Source: Longimicrobiales bacterium | Lineage (GTDB): Bacteria; Gemmatimonadota; Gemmatimonadetes; Longimicrobiales; Gaopeijiaceae | Length of the DNA: 64,000 nt | Reading direction: 5' to 3' | NCBI GenBank assembly: GCA_965238005.1 | Contig: OZ250165.1 | Coordinates: 288,001 to 352,000 of the forward strand | Part shown: positions 51,699 to 62,829 of the stretch, one piece after another | Numbering within the stretch: position 1 is the stretch's first letter | How the letters are laid out: every line of letters begins with the position of its first letter | Notes under the pieces: generated by a model | The model's database searches: none | Seen by the model: only the letters and a program-made list of their open reading frames with translations | Told to the model about the DNA's origin: nothing | Translations under genes and position numbers: made by a program

Positions 51699-54510
51699 CT
51701 ACCAGCCCACTGTGAGTCGGCCCACCAGGCTGTGGTCGGCGCCTCCCCGGCCCCGGCTCTCGCGCCGCTGGGCGTCGAGGCCGAACTGGAAGCTCATGGC
51801 GCCACCCTGCACGACAGCCAGGCCGTAGCCCAGCCGGTAGTCGCGCCCGTACTCGGAAGTCGTGACGCCGAACCTCGGGGTCCCCACCAGCCGACTCCCG
51901 ACCGGCAGCGCGTAGCCGAGCTCGCCCTCTAGGCGGTTGCCCGATCCCGGGTCTCCTGTCCCGAGCCCCGTCATCGTATCGCGGCCCCAGAGCGCGTCGG
52001 CACCGCTCATCGCCTGACCGCCCCACGAGGGGGCCACGCGCGCCGTGAAGCCCAGCGGCGTCGCCGGCGAAGGATCGTAGCTGAACGACACCGACACGCC
52101 CCGTTCCCTGAGCCCTCGTGCCTGGTGAACCAGCAGCGTCCGCACCCGCACAGCGACCGACAGCCCGGTCAACGGATCCGCTGCGAGCAGGCTGCCGGCG
52201 ACGTCCGCGCCCGCGCCCGTCTCCGCATCCCCACCGTCGCGCCTGAGCCCAAGCTCCAGGCTGGGCCGTAGCGCGATCCCATGGCCGAACACGTAGCCCC
52301 TCGAGGCCTCGAGCACCGTCCGCACACGCGTCACCACCGCCTCGGTCGCCGCCAGCCGGTCGGCCGGCCCGTCCACCGCCTCGCCCCCGTGCCGACCCAC
52401 AGCGCGTCCGCCTTGAACGCGAGCCCGAACCCACCGACACCGGAATCCACCAGATCGCCCCTCACGCCCCCGGCCAGCATCGACATCGACAGGCCGCCCT
52501 TGAGAGAGATAGGAGACGTGAGAGAAGACATCGGGAGAGACAGTGCCTCGCCCGGCGTTAGGCTAAGCGAGCCCCTCCCGTATCCGGTCACGCCCCAGAG
52601 CGTGACCCGCTCCGTCAGCTGGTAGCCCACCCAGGGTGGAGCCCCGTGACCGACGAGGCCACCTCGCCCACGTCGGCCCCCTGATAGCCGCCCAAACCCC
52701 GCCGGTGCGAGAGCATCAGCCCCCCCATCAGCGGCCCCTTCGCGTAGTCCGCCCCGAACATCGTCGTCCGGACTCCGCCGTCGAGCGACAGCTCGCCGTC
52801 CCGGCCGCTGAACCGCGACTCCCTCCCGCGGCTCCAGAACGAGACGCTCCCGCCCCCGCCCGTCTCGCGGTTCAACACGAACCCCGATCCCATCAGCACG
52901 TCCCCGCCTCCCAGACCCGTCCGCAGAAGCTCTCCGCTGCTCAGATCCGACTGCACGCCCGTCGTATCCCAGGCGCCCTGAACCGCAGTGGACTGAAGCC
53001 GGCTCAGGAAGTTGCGCCCCACGCCGGAGCTCACGGCCCGCAAACCGGCCCCGGAAGCCCGGAGCCCTGGATGCCTCCAGCCGCTCTTCCACCTGTTCCA
53101 TCATCTGTAGCACCGTCGCCCGCCCGAACCGCGCCAAGAGCGCACGCGGCAGCGGATCGGTGTTCTCGATCGTTCCCGTCGCCTCACCGTCCGTCACTTG
53201 GTCCTCCGATGGGTTCGACAGCCCGAGCGTCAGCGTCTCCTCGCCCTCGTCGTGCGAGTCGTCGAGCACCTTCACGTTGACCGTCTTCGACGACTCGCCC
53301 GACGCGAACGTCAGCGTCCCGCTCGCCAGCGTGTAGTCCACGCCCGCCTGCGCGCTGCCGTCCGACGTCTCGTAGTCCACCGCCACCGTCCCGGATGCCG
53401 CGCGGCTCAGCGTCACCGCGAAGGCCAGAACCGCGCCTGCGCCTTCCTCCACCCGCGCATCGGCCACCGAGATCCCCACCGGACCGGAGACCGCCGCCGA
53501 CAATGCCGTCGGCAGTGGCCGGTCGTCAGCCGTGCAGACCGCGCCCGTCGCTTCACAGTCCGTCGTCTGCGGGAGGCGGATCGTCACCGCTCCGTCCGAG
53601 GCCGGATTGACCGTGATGTCCCACGCCTGGTTGCTGCCCTTCGTGCGTCGGCGCGCCCGGCGCAATTCGCCACCCGTCACCTCGAACGCCTCGTCGCGCA
53701 GCGTCCGGAAGCTCAGCCCTTCGACGTCCGCGCTGAACGTCAGCCCGAACGTGAACGCGGTCTTGCCGTCGTGCGACGCCGGCACGTCCTCGAAGCTCGC
53801 CGTCAGTGCCGGGTCCGACTCCATGTCCCGGATCGTGCCCGTCGCCTGGCTGTCGCCGAGCTCGGCACCCGAAGCATTGCTCAGGGCGAGGCTCACCGTC
53901 TCCCCGTCGTCCTCCGCCGTGTCGTCGGTGATGGGCACCGAGATCGTCTTCGTCGCCTCGCCCGCCTCGAAGGTCAGCGTGCCGTCGGTGGCGGTGTAGT
54001 CAGCCCCCGCCGTCGCCGTGCCGTCTGACGTGGCATAGTCCACCGTCACCTGTCCGGACGCCGCCGGGGACAACGTCACCACGAAGTCCAGCGTCGTGTC
54101 CTCGCTCTCCCTCGTCTCGGCATCGCTCACCGACAGCCCAGTGGGAGGGCCGAGAAGCAGGTGCAGAAACCAGGTCGACAGGGCTCGGTTGTCCGATGGG
54201 CAGACCGCGCCCGTCGCTTCGCAGTCCGTGGTCGGATCCAGGTAGATCGACAGCTCCCCGCGGGTGCTCGGCGTGACCGTGATTTGCCACACGCCGCTCT
54301 GCCCGTCGACGCGGGCCGCGCCGGTCACTGCGCCGCCCGTCACCGTCAGGGCATGGTTTCGCATGGCCTCGGGCGTCACCGAGACCGCTTCGCTGAACAC
54401 GATGCGGAAGGTGAACGCGGTCTCCCCGTCATGGGCCCTCGGCAGGCCCTCGAAGCGCGCCGTCAGCGGGTCCGGGACGACCTGCAGGGCTGGACGCCAG
54501 CGTCACTGAC
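51699..54510 (-). pseudogene. Calx-beta-repeat surface protein with autotransporter-type barrel, 5'-truncated and frameshifted
   Basis: VTVDYATSDGTATAGADY...GTLTF repeats; barrel spread over several frames; terminal W. Confidence 0.85.
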
Positions 54511-54629
54511 AGGGTGAATGTGCCGATCCCCTCCGCCTCATTACCAACATCAGGATCGCTGTAAACAGTTATGTAATACGTTCCGGTGGCTGGCGGCGTA
54601 TATTCCAGTCGGGCGTTGTCACCTTCGCC

Positions 54630-55098
54630 GGGAGACTTCGAGCTGGCGATGCGGGAGAGCGAGGCGAAGGATCTTCTCAGGGCCGTGGTCTACGCACCGA
54701 GCCGGGCCAAGGCTGTGAAGGCCCGCGAAGTGTTCGCCAGGCGCTACAGGCCGTGGTATCCGAAGGCGGTGGACGTACTCGAGGACGACTGGGAGCGGAT
54801 GGTGGCGTTCTACGACTTCCCCGCGGATCACTGGAAGCATCTACGCACGACGAACGTGGTCGAGAGCCCGTTCGCTGCGCTACGGCTCAGGACGACGGCG
54901 GCGAAGCGATTCAAGCGGGTCGAGAGCGCTATGGCGCTGATCTGGAAGTTGCTCTTGGTGGCCGAGAAGCGGTTCCGAAGGCTCGACGCTCCTCACCTCC
55001 TCAAGGGCGTGTTTGAAGGAAGGAAGTTCGAAGACGGAAAGCCCGTCTCAACCCAACAGCGGAAGAATGCCGCCTGATACGTTTACACACCTATTGAC
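54630..55098 (+). mobile_element. IS256-family 3' fragment
   Basis: FYDFPADHWKHLRTTNVVESPF; end TTTACACACCTATTGAC. Confidence 0.85.
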
Positions 55099-55500
55099 CC
55101 AACCTCGGGGGAGGCCAGACGATGAAGTACTCGCTAGGGATTGGCGTGCTTGTACTTACTATCCTCGCCATCAGCGTGACTTATGTCTATGCGGCCAACC
55201 CAGACCTCCGGGACCAGGTGGTGCTTGTTAGCGAGGCGAAGGCCGACGTCGAGAGGGCGATGGCAAGGCTCAAGGCAGAGCGCTGAGCAGGGGTACTCCC
55301 GAGATTCGGCGTGTCTTCGCTGAACAATTGACGGTTTTACCCGATCAGATCCGCCTCCGCCTGCCGCACTATACCCCCTCATAGCAGCGTGCCGGCTAGC
55401 AAGCTGGCCGAAGACTGTTGCCTCAAGGACCCTCTAGCGGACTCCGCGCCGTCAGTTGCAGAGGAAGAGAAAGCTCGTCCGACGGGCAGTTCAAGGCAAC

Positions 55501-55536
55501 GCCCCGGGCGGGGAGGCGACTGTCCCCGCCCGGGGC
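55501..55536 (-). terminator. Hairpin after the OmpA-family gene
   Basis: GCCCCGGGCGGGGA/TCCCCGCCCGGGGC. Confidence 0.65.
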
Positions 55537-55564
55537 GGTTCTCCGTGTTCTCCGGTCGGAATCC

Positions 55565-56860
55565 TTAGCGCGTACCCGCGGGCAGGATCTCGACCCTGCG
55601 GTTCTGGCGCCGTCCGTCTTCCGTGGTGTTGTCGGCTACGGGTTGAGATTCACCCGCACCGGCAATCTGGAAGCGATCCGCGTCGAGCGCCGGGAAGTTG
55701 CCTGCGAGGTAGTCTCGCACCGCCTGCGCGCGACGCAGGCTCAGTGCGAGGTTGTAGTCCTCCGGGCCTACGGAGTCGGCATGGCCGACGACGCGGACGC
55801 GCTCGTTCGGACGGTCCGACAGCGCGTTTCCGGACTCGTCCAAGATCGAACTCGCTGCGGCGTCGAGCTCCGAGGAATCGTGCGCGAAGTGGACGTTTCC
55901 AAAGATGAGCTCGGGCTCCGGTTCGGGCTCCGGCTCCGGCTCCGGCTCGACGACAACAGGGCATCCGGCCGCATCCACCTCGGCGCCGGAGGGTGTGTTC
56001 GGGCAGCGGTCGAGACCATCGACGACGCCGTCGCCGTCCGCATCCGTCGGACAGCCGTTCTCGTCCACTTCGGCGCCGGCCGGCGTTCCGGGACATTGAT
56101 CTGCGTGGTCGGCCACCCCGTCCCCATCGGAGTCGAGCGCACACCCCCGTTCGTCCACACCAGCACCCATGGGTGTTTCCGGACACGCGTCCAGGCCATC
56201 AAGCACACCATCTCCGTCCCCGTCTCGCTGCGACTCTCCTCCGAGGAAGTACGAGGCACCGAGCGAGAGCCCCCAACCCCGAAAGGTCTCCGACGGGGCT
56301 GCGGAGCCGGCCAGTTCGGCAGCCGTATTCGCCAGTGCGTCGGGGGTCTGGTGCATGCGCGCCTCGACCCGCAGGGCAAGGCGAGGCACCACGCGGAGTC
56401 GCACCCCGCCGCCGTACACAAGGCTGAGGTCCGTCTCGGGGTCGAGTTCTTCAGGCCTCCAGTGCGCAGCTCCGAGGCCGACCACTCCGTAGGCTTGAAG
56501 CCGGCCGCTCAGGGGTAGGTTGTATCCCACGCCTCCGCTGAAGTACGCCAGGTCCAAGTCCACCGTGCCTCTCGTCGGGATCCTCATGTCGAACGGCATG
56601 TACCCGCCCTCGAAGTCGGCGAACAAGCCGGAGGCGAAGTTGTAGGCGACATGCCCGCCGCCCGCGATGTTCCGGGCGGGGTCGACGAAGATGGAGCTGC
56701 TGCCGCCCGGATGGAATTCCGGCACGTCGTCGAAGAGGCCGATGTAGGGGGAGATCTCCCATCCCGTGGGCACCCAGCCATTCGAGTCTTGCGCGGTGAG
56801 GGCCACCGAGGGCCGGAGAAGAAGAAGCGTCACGGCCACGGCTGACAGTGCTCGATTCAT
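55565..56860 (-). CDS. OmpA-family outer membrane protein with thrombospondin type-3 repeats
   Basis: Beta-barrel, DxDGDGVxDxxDxCP x3, PE linker, GHAD..NLALSLRRA..NRRVE. Confidence 0.93.
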   Translation of the reverse strand: MNRALSAVAVTLLLLRPSVALTAQDSNGWVPTGWEISPYIGLFDDVPEFHPGGSSSIFVDPARNIAGGGHVAYNFASGLFADFEGGYMPFDMRIPTRGTVDLDLAYFSGGVGYNLPLSGRLQAYGVVGLGAAHWRPEELDPETDLSLVYGGGVRLRVVPRLALRVEARMHQTPDALANTAAELAGSAAPSETFRGWGLSLGASYFLGGESQRDGDGDGVLDGLDACPETPMGAGVDERGCALDSDGDGVADHADQCPGTPAGAEVDENGCPTDADGDGVVDGLDRCPNTPSGAEVDAAGCPVVVEPEPEPEPEPEPELIFGNVHFAHDSSELDAAASSILDESGNALSDRPNERVRVVGHADSVGPEDYNLALSLRRAQAVRDYLAGNFPALDADRFQIAGAGESQPVADNTTEDGRRQNRRVEILPAGTR

Positions 56861-57105
56861 GGTGGCGGTCCTTTTGGTCCTAGATCACACCTAACTCGCG
56901 TGTCGTCGTCAACGACGCCGATCGCTCAACCTTCCCTGGATCGACTCTGGTGCTGCCTCACCGTATTGCGCATACAAGCCCGGAAACATCCGAATAGGAA
57001 ACATGTTAACCCGTCACAAGATGTCCTGTAAATAGCATTAGGGTCATGCCTAGCTGAACCTCTCTGAATGAGGTATAAAGCTACGCATGGCAATGAAAAA
57101 CAAGT

Positions 57106-58336
57106 TGTACAGAGATGGTAATGACCTGACAGTTGGCCCTCGCCGGAGCTGTGTCTAGGCTGCCTTCGTCTTAGCGTCCTCCTTGCTGGCCTTGGCGGCC
57201 TTCCTGGCGTCGGTGAGACCGGCCTTGAAGACCTGATAGGGCGTGCGGCCCTCCATGGCTCGACCGCGGTGCGGCCGCTTGCGGTTGTAGGTCTCCAGAT
57301 ACGCCTCGAGGTCCTGCTGCATCTCCTCGACGGTCTCGTACCAGGTGGTGCGGCCCTTCACCCTCAAGTGCTCGTCGAGGAGCGTGCGGTGGCAGCGCTC
57401 GATGAAGCCGTTGGACTGGGGCCTGCCCACCTTCGTCGTGCGGTGCTCGATGTCCTCGAGCTGAAGGAACAGCTCATAGGGGTGACGGTCCGGACGGCCG
57501 CAGAACTCGCGGCCGTTGTCGCTGAGCACGGTCTTCACCCGGACCCGGTGCTCATCGAAGAACGGCAACACGTCGTTGTTCATCACCTGCACCGCCGTGA
57601 GCGGGAGCTTGCTCGTGTAGAGCCGGCCCCAGGCGTAGCGGCTGAAGCAATCGAGCACGGTCTGCAGGTACACCTTGCCGACCCCCTTCAGCGTTCCGAC
57701 GAAGAACGTGTCCACGGCGACGAGGTCGCCCGGGTAATGGACTTCGATGTGGCGCTCGCGGAACTCGGGACTGAAGCGCTCCAGCAGCTCGATCTGCTCG
57801 CCGGTCAGCTTCAGCTTCCGTTCCCTGGCCGTCTCTTCGAGCCTGAGCAGCCGTTCGTGCTTCGTGGTGAGGCCATGCCGGCTCCACACGCCCCGTACGC
57901 CTCCTGAGCTCACCTGGATCCCTCCGAGCAGCAACTCGTCCGCGACCCGCTGAGCTCCGTGCGTCGGAGCCTCCAAGGCGTGGGCCAAGACCGCCTGCTC
58001 AATCTCTTCACTCACCCGGTTCGGGTGCGGTCCCTTCGGCCCCGGAAGCTGGTCGATCAGCCCCTCGGCCCCGTAAAGCTGGAAGTTCCTCCTGATCTCG
58101 TAGAACTGCTGCCGGCTGTAGCCCACGATCTGGCACGCCTTGCTCACGTTGCCGAGCTCCTGGGCCAACTGTAGCAGGCTCAGCTTGCGGCGCGCTATCT
58201 TCTCCCTCTGGACGGTGGTCATCTTCTCTCCCGTGCTAAGTGAGTGACTTCGACATCTCTCAATTATCTCCGGCGAGGGCGGCTGGCCACCGTCCTCTCT
58301 CGTGGTCACCTGTCAGGTCATTACCATCTCAGCACA
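57106..58336 (-). mobile_element. IS481-family element with AACAAGT target duplication
   Basis: TGT...ACA ends with ~25-bp IRs; duplication at 57099-57105 and 58337-58343. Confidence 0.92.
57155..58222 (-). CDS. IS481-family transposase
   Basis: VAVDTF, SDNGREF, PQSNGFIER. Confidence 0.93.
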   Translation of the reverse strand: MTTVQREKIARRKLSLLQLAQELGNVSKACQIVGYSRQQFYEIRRNFQLYGAEGLIDQLPGPKGPHPNRVSEEIEQAVLAHALEAPTHGAQRVADELLLGGIQVSSGGVRGVWSRHGLTTKHERLLRLEETARERKLKLTGEQIELLERFSPEFRERHIEVHYPGDLVAVDTFFVGTLKGVGKVYLQTVLDCFSRYAWGRLYTSKLPLTAVQVMNNDVLPFFDEHRVRVKTVLSDNGREFCGRPDRHPYELFLQLEDIEHRTTKVGRPQSNGFIERCHRTLLDEHLRVKGRTTWYETVEEMQQDLEAYLETYNRKRPHRGRAMEGRTPYQVFKAGLTDARKAAKASKEDAKTKAA

Positions 58337-59011
58337 AACAAGTACGCAAGGCGTTCAAGGATTTCTGAGGCCAAGATCCGCGAGATCGTGCGCTACTTCG
58401 CCGCCGATCTCACGGCTCTGCAGGCGGCGGCGCTGAGTGGGCTGAACCGCAACACCGTGAACCGGTTCTACCGGGGCTTGCGGGAGCGCATGCTGCTGGC
58501 CTGCGAAGCCCAGCGTCCCCTGTTCGGGGTCGTCGAGGTCGACGAGAGCTTCTTCGGAGCGCGCCGGGTCAAGGGCCGGCGTGGGCGCGGCGCTTACGGC
58601 AAGACGGTCGTCTTTGGCATCTTCGAGCGGCAGGGCCAAGTGTATACCGAGATCGTCCCGGACTGCTCGAAGCCAACCCTGCAGGGCATCATCCGTGGCC
58701 GGGTGGACCCGCACACCGTCATCAACTCCGATGGCTGGCGCGGCTACAACGGCCTGGTTGATCTAGGCTATGGCCACTTCCGCGTCGATCATGCCCGCGA
58801 CGAGTTCACCAAGGGCACCGTTCATATCAACGGCATCGAGGGCTTCTGGGGCCTGGCCAAGGTCCGGCTGGCGAAGTTCAAAGGGCTCCCCAGACACACC
58901 TTCCATTTGCACCTCAAGGAAACCGCATGGCGATACAACTATCGACATGCCGACAAGTATCAAACTTTGCTAAAATCCCTCCGCCAAAACCCGCTCAGCT
59001 AGACATGACCC

Positions 59012-59630
59012 TTACCAAATTATAATTGCGCAGATTGACAACTGCTCCGGCTAGCCGGATATAGTCCTCTGATTCAAGAACTTCCTGATGGTACAACATT
59101 ATATGCCGAGTGCGTATTATCTGTTCCCTAAGCAGAGAATAGCTACCAGAGTATAAACTCATAAGCCCAGAGTATAAACTCATAAGCCTAAGATCATCCG
59201 ACATTCTCGACATCCTTACAATCTCCGCATAGCAATCCGGGAGTCGGTTTGACAGGCCAATGGTATCCGCCGCCAATACACCAATCTGATCCTTCAAGTC
59301 CGCTTGCAATTCATCGACCGTATACACTCTCGATAGCTCATTGGCAATACTGAGTTCCTCCCACTCCTCCAGCGTGTACCCCAAATCTGCCGCAAGCTCC
59401 GCTGCGTCAATCGCCGCAATCTCCGCCTCTATTTCCGCTTCCCTCGCAGCTAGTCTTTCCCTCCAATCCTCCAATCTCTCGAACATCATTTCGAGCCGCG
59501 CCGCCTTCATTTCCTCCACCGTGTCGTATCTTCCGACTTCGCGCCCGTTTTCGTCCGAAAGTACATAGGAGGTCGCACAGCCAGCTATGACAATCGCCAT
59601 TGGCACAAGAATAAAGAAATGCGTTCTCAT
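59012..59630 (-). pseudogene. Hypothetical lipoprotein whose 3' end lies at 49251-49314
   Basis: IAGC lipobox; 21-bp duplication at 59146-59187; frame continues across the TTACCAAA duplication. Confidence 0.75.
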
Positions 59631-59657
59631 ACAGCCTCCGCTAATTGTCGGGTATCG

Positions 59658-60140
59658 CTACCGCACCAAGATTAGGCCGATACACCACAACTTATAGGGC
59701 ACCGCCGCGCCGCCGTTTTCGTTTACAGCCGGTTCGTCACCGACCTCACGCTTCACGGCCTCTCGAATATCCTTCCATAGCTCAGCCGTGCTCGGGTACC
59801 ATTTCTCGGCCAGCAACCTCGTAGCGAGAATCGCGTAGGTCCCGTTCCTTCCAATAGTGCCAGTCCACAGTTCGGATACATCCGAGCAGTCCTTGAAGGG
59901 CCGCCTACTGTCCTTGATCCGGCCAAATTCATATAGTGCTTCCGCCGCCTTCATCCGACAGCTTTTCTTTCCGTTCGCCTCGCTCTCGCCCCCAAGCTCT
60001 CGGTACGTCTTGCACCAAGCATCCGGCCACGATTCGCCTTGTTGACATTTCTCGATTGTTCCGTAGATCCAGCACTCCAATCGCGGCACGTATTTTTTGG
60101 TCAAGTCCCGAGTCGTGTGTAAAAGTGAGAGGAAGCTCCT
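59658..60140 (-). CDS. Hypothetical protein, 5' end abutting IS1182
   Basis: Open frame with plausible composition; start uncertain. Confidence 0.5.
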   Translation of the reverse strand, partial: RSFLSLLHTTRDLTKKYVPRLECWIYGTIEKCQQGESWPDAWCKTYRELGGESEANGKKSCRMKAAEALYEFGRIKDSRRPFKDCSDVSELWTGTIGRNGTYAILATRLLAEKWYPSTAELWKDIREAVKREVGDEPAVNENGGAAVPYKLWCIGLILVR

Positions 60141-60147
60141 CGATGCT

Positions 60148-61825
60148 GAGCCTGTGTGAAAACTCCTGACGTGCCATATATTATACGTCCCGTGTTTTGG
60201 CCAGTGCTCCCCTTGCTCGGAGCTTCGCCCATGGCCTATATCGCCGGCAGGGATCGCACCCAAGTGGTGCTCCTCCCTGAGGTCCTCGACGACTACGTCA
60301 CCGCTGACAACCCAGTGCGCTTCCTCGACGCCTTCGTGGCGCAGCTCGATCTCGGCACGCTCAGTTTTCAGCGATCGGTGCCTGCAGATACGGGCCGCCC
60401 GGGCTACGATCCCGGTGATCTCCTGCGATTGTACCTATACGGCTACCTGCACCGCATTCGCTCCAGCCGGCGGCTGGAGCAGGAGACGCATCGCAACATC
60501 GAGCTGATGTGGTTGGTGCGAGGACTGCGACCCGACTTCAAGACCATCGCTGACTTCCGCCGGGATCACCCGCAGGCGCTGAAGGGCGTATGCCGCGAGT
60601 TCATTCTCTTGTGCAAGCGGCTGGACCTCTTTGGCGGCGAGTTGCTCGCCATCGATGGGAGCAAGTTCCGGGCGGTCAATGCCCGGGATCGGAGCTACAC
60701 CGCGGCCCGCTTGGCCAAGCTACAACGGGACATCGAGCGCACGATCGCGCGCTATCTGCGAGACTTGGAGCGCCAGGACGAGGCGGAGGCGGGCACCGAG
60801 CGGCCGAGCGCCGACGCCCTGCGCGAGAAGATTGCGGCGCTTAAGCAGCGCCGGGAGCGCTACGAGGATCTCCAGCAAGAGCTGGCGGCGAGTGGGGAGA
60901 GCGCGCGCTCACTCACCGATGCCGACAGTCGGCCGATGATGAGCGGGGGCCGCATCGAGATCTGCTACAACGTCCAGACCGCGGTCGACGCCAAGCACAA
61001 GTTGATTGTGGCCGAGACGGTCACCAACGCCGCCGCCGACCAGAATCAGCTCAGTCCGATGGCCATGGCGGCCCAGGAGGTACTGAGGAACGTGACGCCG
61101 GTGGTGGTGGCCGACCGGGGCTACTACCACGGCGCCGAGATCAAGACGTGTGTGGAGGCGGGCCTCACGCCGCTGGTGCCCCGACCGATCACCTCGGCCA
61201 ATGCCAAGCGCGGGCTCTTCACCAAAGATGACTTCGTCTACGACCGGACTCGGGACCTCTATCGCTGTCCTGCGGGGAAGACGCTCACCTACCGCACCAC
61301 CACCGTCGAGCTCGGGCGCACCATCAAGAACTATCGGACCACCGCCTGTAAGCGGTGTCCACTCAGGCCCCGCTGTACGCGCAACAAAGACGGGCGGAAG
61401 ATCACACGGTGGGCGGACGAGCACCTGATGGAGGAGATGGCGCAACGGCTCCAGCGGGAGCAGGCGCGCTTCGCGCAGCGCAAAGCGCTAGTGGAGCATC
61501 CGTTTGGCACGATGAAGCGCGGGATGGACCAGGGGTACTTTCTGCTCAAAGGCATGCGGAAGGTCCGCGGCGAGTTCAGCCTGACCGTGCTTGCCTACAA
61601 CCTGAAGCGGGTCCTCAACATCGTCGAGGTCCCGCAGCTGCTGGACGCCCTCGCGTAGAGGGGGTCCTCAGCGCCGTTTTTCGCCCTTCGGGGCGCTTCC
61701 AGACGGCCCTGTCAGGTCCGCAACGCCCCACCCGACTACTTTCCCGCCCCTCCCAGCAAAATGTCAAGCTCACCGCCCTAGGTGCTCGCTCCCCGTTCAA
61801 TCATGGTGAGTTTTCACACGGCCTC
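60148..61825 (+). mobile_element. IS1182-family element
   Basis: IRs GAGCCTGTGTGAAAACTC / GAGTTTTCACACGGCCTC. Confidence 0.88.
60231..61658 (+). CDS. IS1182-family transposase
   Basis: GRPGYDP, SSRRLE, PDFKTIADFR, IDGSK, ADRGY, VEHPFGTMK. Confidence 0.94.
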   Translation: MAYIAGRDRTQVVLLPEVLDDYVTADNPVRFLDAFVAQLDLGTLSFQRSVPADTGRPGYDPGDLLRLYLYGYLHRIRSSRRLEQETHRNIELMWLVRGLRPDFKTIADFRRDHPQALKGVCREFILLCKRLDLFGGELLAIDGSKFRAVNARDRSYTAARLAKLQRDIERTIARYLRDLERQDEAEAGTERPSADALREKIAALKQRRERYEDLQQELAASGESARSLTDADSRPMMSGGRIEICYNVQTAVDAKHKLIVAETVTNAAADQNQLSPMAMAAQEVLRNVTPVVVADRGYYHGAEIKTCVEAGLTPLVPRPITSANAKRGLFTKDDFVYDRTRDLYRCPAGKTLTYRTTTVELGRTIKNYRTTACKRCPLRPRCTRNKDGRKITRWADEHLMEEMAQRLQREQARFAQRKALVEHPFGTMKRGMDQGYFLLKGMRKVRGEFSLTVLAYNLKRVLNIVEVPQLLDALA

Positions 61826-62145
61826 ATCGCTCGTTAGCCAGCGCTCGGTCTCTTCTGGCGACCATACGACTGGCGACCAGGCTCGTTCCGCCAACGGACC
61901 AACGGGAATCTGCAGGCGCTCCTTGAACCCACGGAATCCGGAGAGGCACTCCGCCTCAGGACATTAAAGGGAGATGCGAGTGCGTCTCTGGGGCGACCAC
62001 CAGACAACTGCAAATGGATGGCGTGGCCGAACGGTTAACCGCGGCACTCGACACCGCGGATCACGACGCCGTGGACAGGGAAGATTAACGGCCGGCCCGG
62101 GGTGCTCTCAGGACGAGGTTCTGGAGAGTTGCTCTTCGGAGGCAT

Positions 62146-62176
62146 GTACGTATCTTTATATCGTGAGTATACGTAC
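62146..62176. promoter_or_regulatory. Putative TA operator inverted repeat
   Basis: GTACGTAT...ATACGTAC just before the RBS. Confidence 0.6.
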
Positions 62177-62185
62177 GGAGGTCGC

Positions 62186-62416
62186 ATGTCCAAAAAGAAG
62201 CTCACTCTTTCCGTCGACGGAGCCGTGATCGAGCGCGCCAAGCGCTTCTCGCGGAGAAACGAGACGTCGGTCTCGGAGCTCGTATCCGAGTTTCTCGCTT
62301 CTCTCGGGGATGAACACGGGACCTCGACACCTATTGTCACGCGTCTACGTGGCGTACTCCCGTCTTCCGTCTCACGTGAAGAGTACGGGGATCATCTGAA
62401 GGCCAGACACGGGTGA
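62186..62416 (+). CDS. DUF6364-like RHH antitoxin
   Basis: KLTLSVDGAVIERAK...SVSELV. Confidence 0.85.
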   Translation: MSKKKLTLSVDGAVIERAKRFSRRNETSVSELVSEFLASLGDEHGTSTPIVTRLRGVLPSSVSREEYGDHLKARHG

Positions 62417-62826
62417 CCCGGGTTCTTCTCGATATCAACGTCGTTCTCGACGTCCTGGCGACTCGAGAGCCGTTCGCCCCTGACGCCGAGGCCGTGCTAC
62501 GGCGTGTAGAGGCACGCTCGATTGAAGGTCTCGTCGCGGCACACACGATTACCACCCTGCGCTTCCTCCTGGCCAAGCATCTCGGGAAGGCGAAGACCCG
62601 AAGAGTCCTCACCGACCTACTTCACGTGGTGAGAGTCGTTCCCGTAGACGAGGACCGCGTTCGGCATGCTCTGGCGCTGAACTGGGCGGATTTCGAGGAT
62701 GCGGTTCAGGCAGCGTGCGCAGAGAAGGCCGAGGCCGACTATCTCGTGACCGGGAACAAGAAGGACTTTCAGAAATCCCCGGTGAAGACTGTTACTCCCG
62801 CCGAGTTGCTCGCGCTGATCTCCTAG
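62413..62826 (+). CDS. PIN-domain toxin
   Basis: LLDINVVLD, DFEDAVQ, VTGNKKDF; GTGA overlap. Confidence 0.9.
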   Translation: MTRVLLDINVVLDVLATREPFAPDAEAVLRRVEARSIEGLVAAHTITTLRFLLAKHLGKAKTRRVLTDLLHVVRVVPVDEDRVRHALALNWADFEDAVQAACAEKAEADYLVTGNKKDFQKSPVKTVTPAELLALIS

Positions 62827-62829
62827 TCC

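Larger units (their letters stand above)
57041..59011 (+). mobile_element. IS1595-family element interrupted by IS481
   Basis: IRs GGGTCATGCCTAGCTGA / TCAGCTAGACATGACCC; VEVDESFFG, SDGWRGY, HINGIEGFW. Confidence 0.9.
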
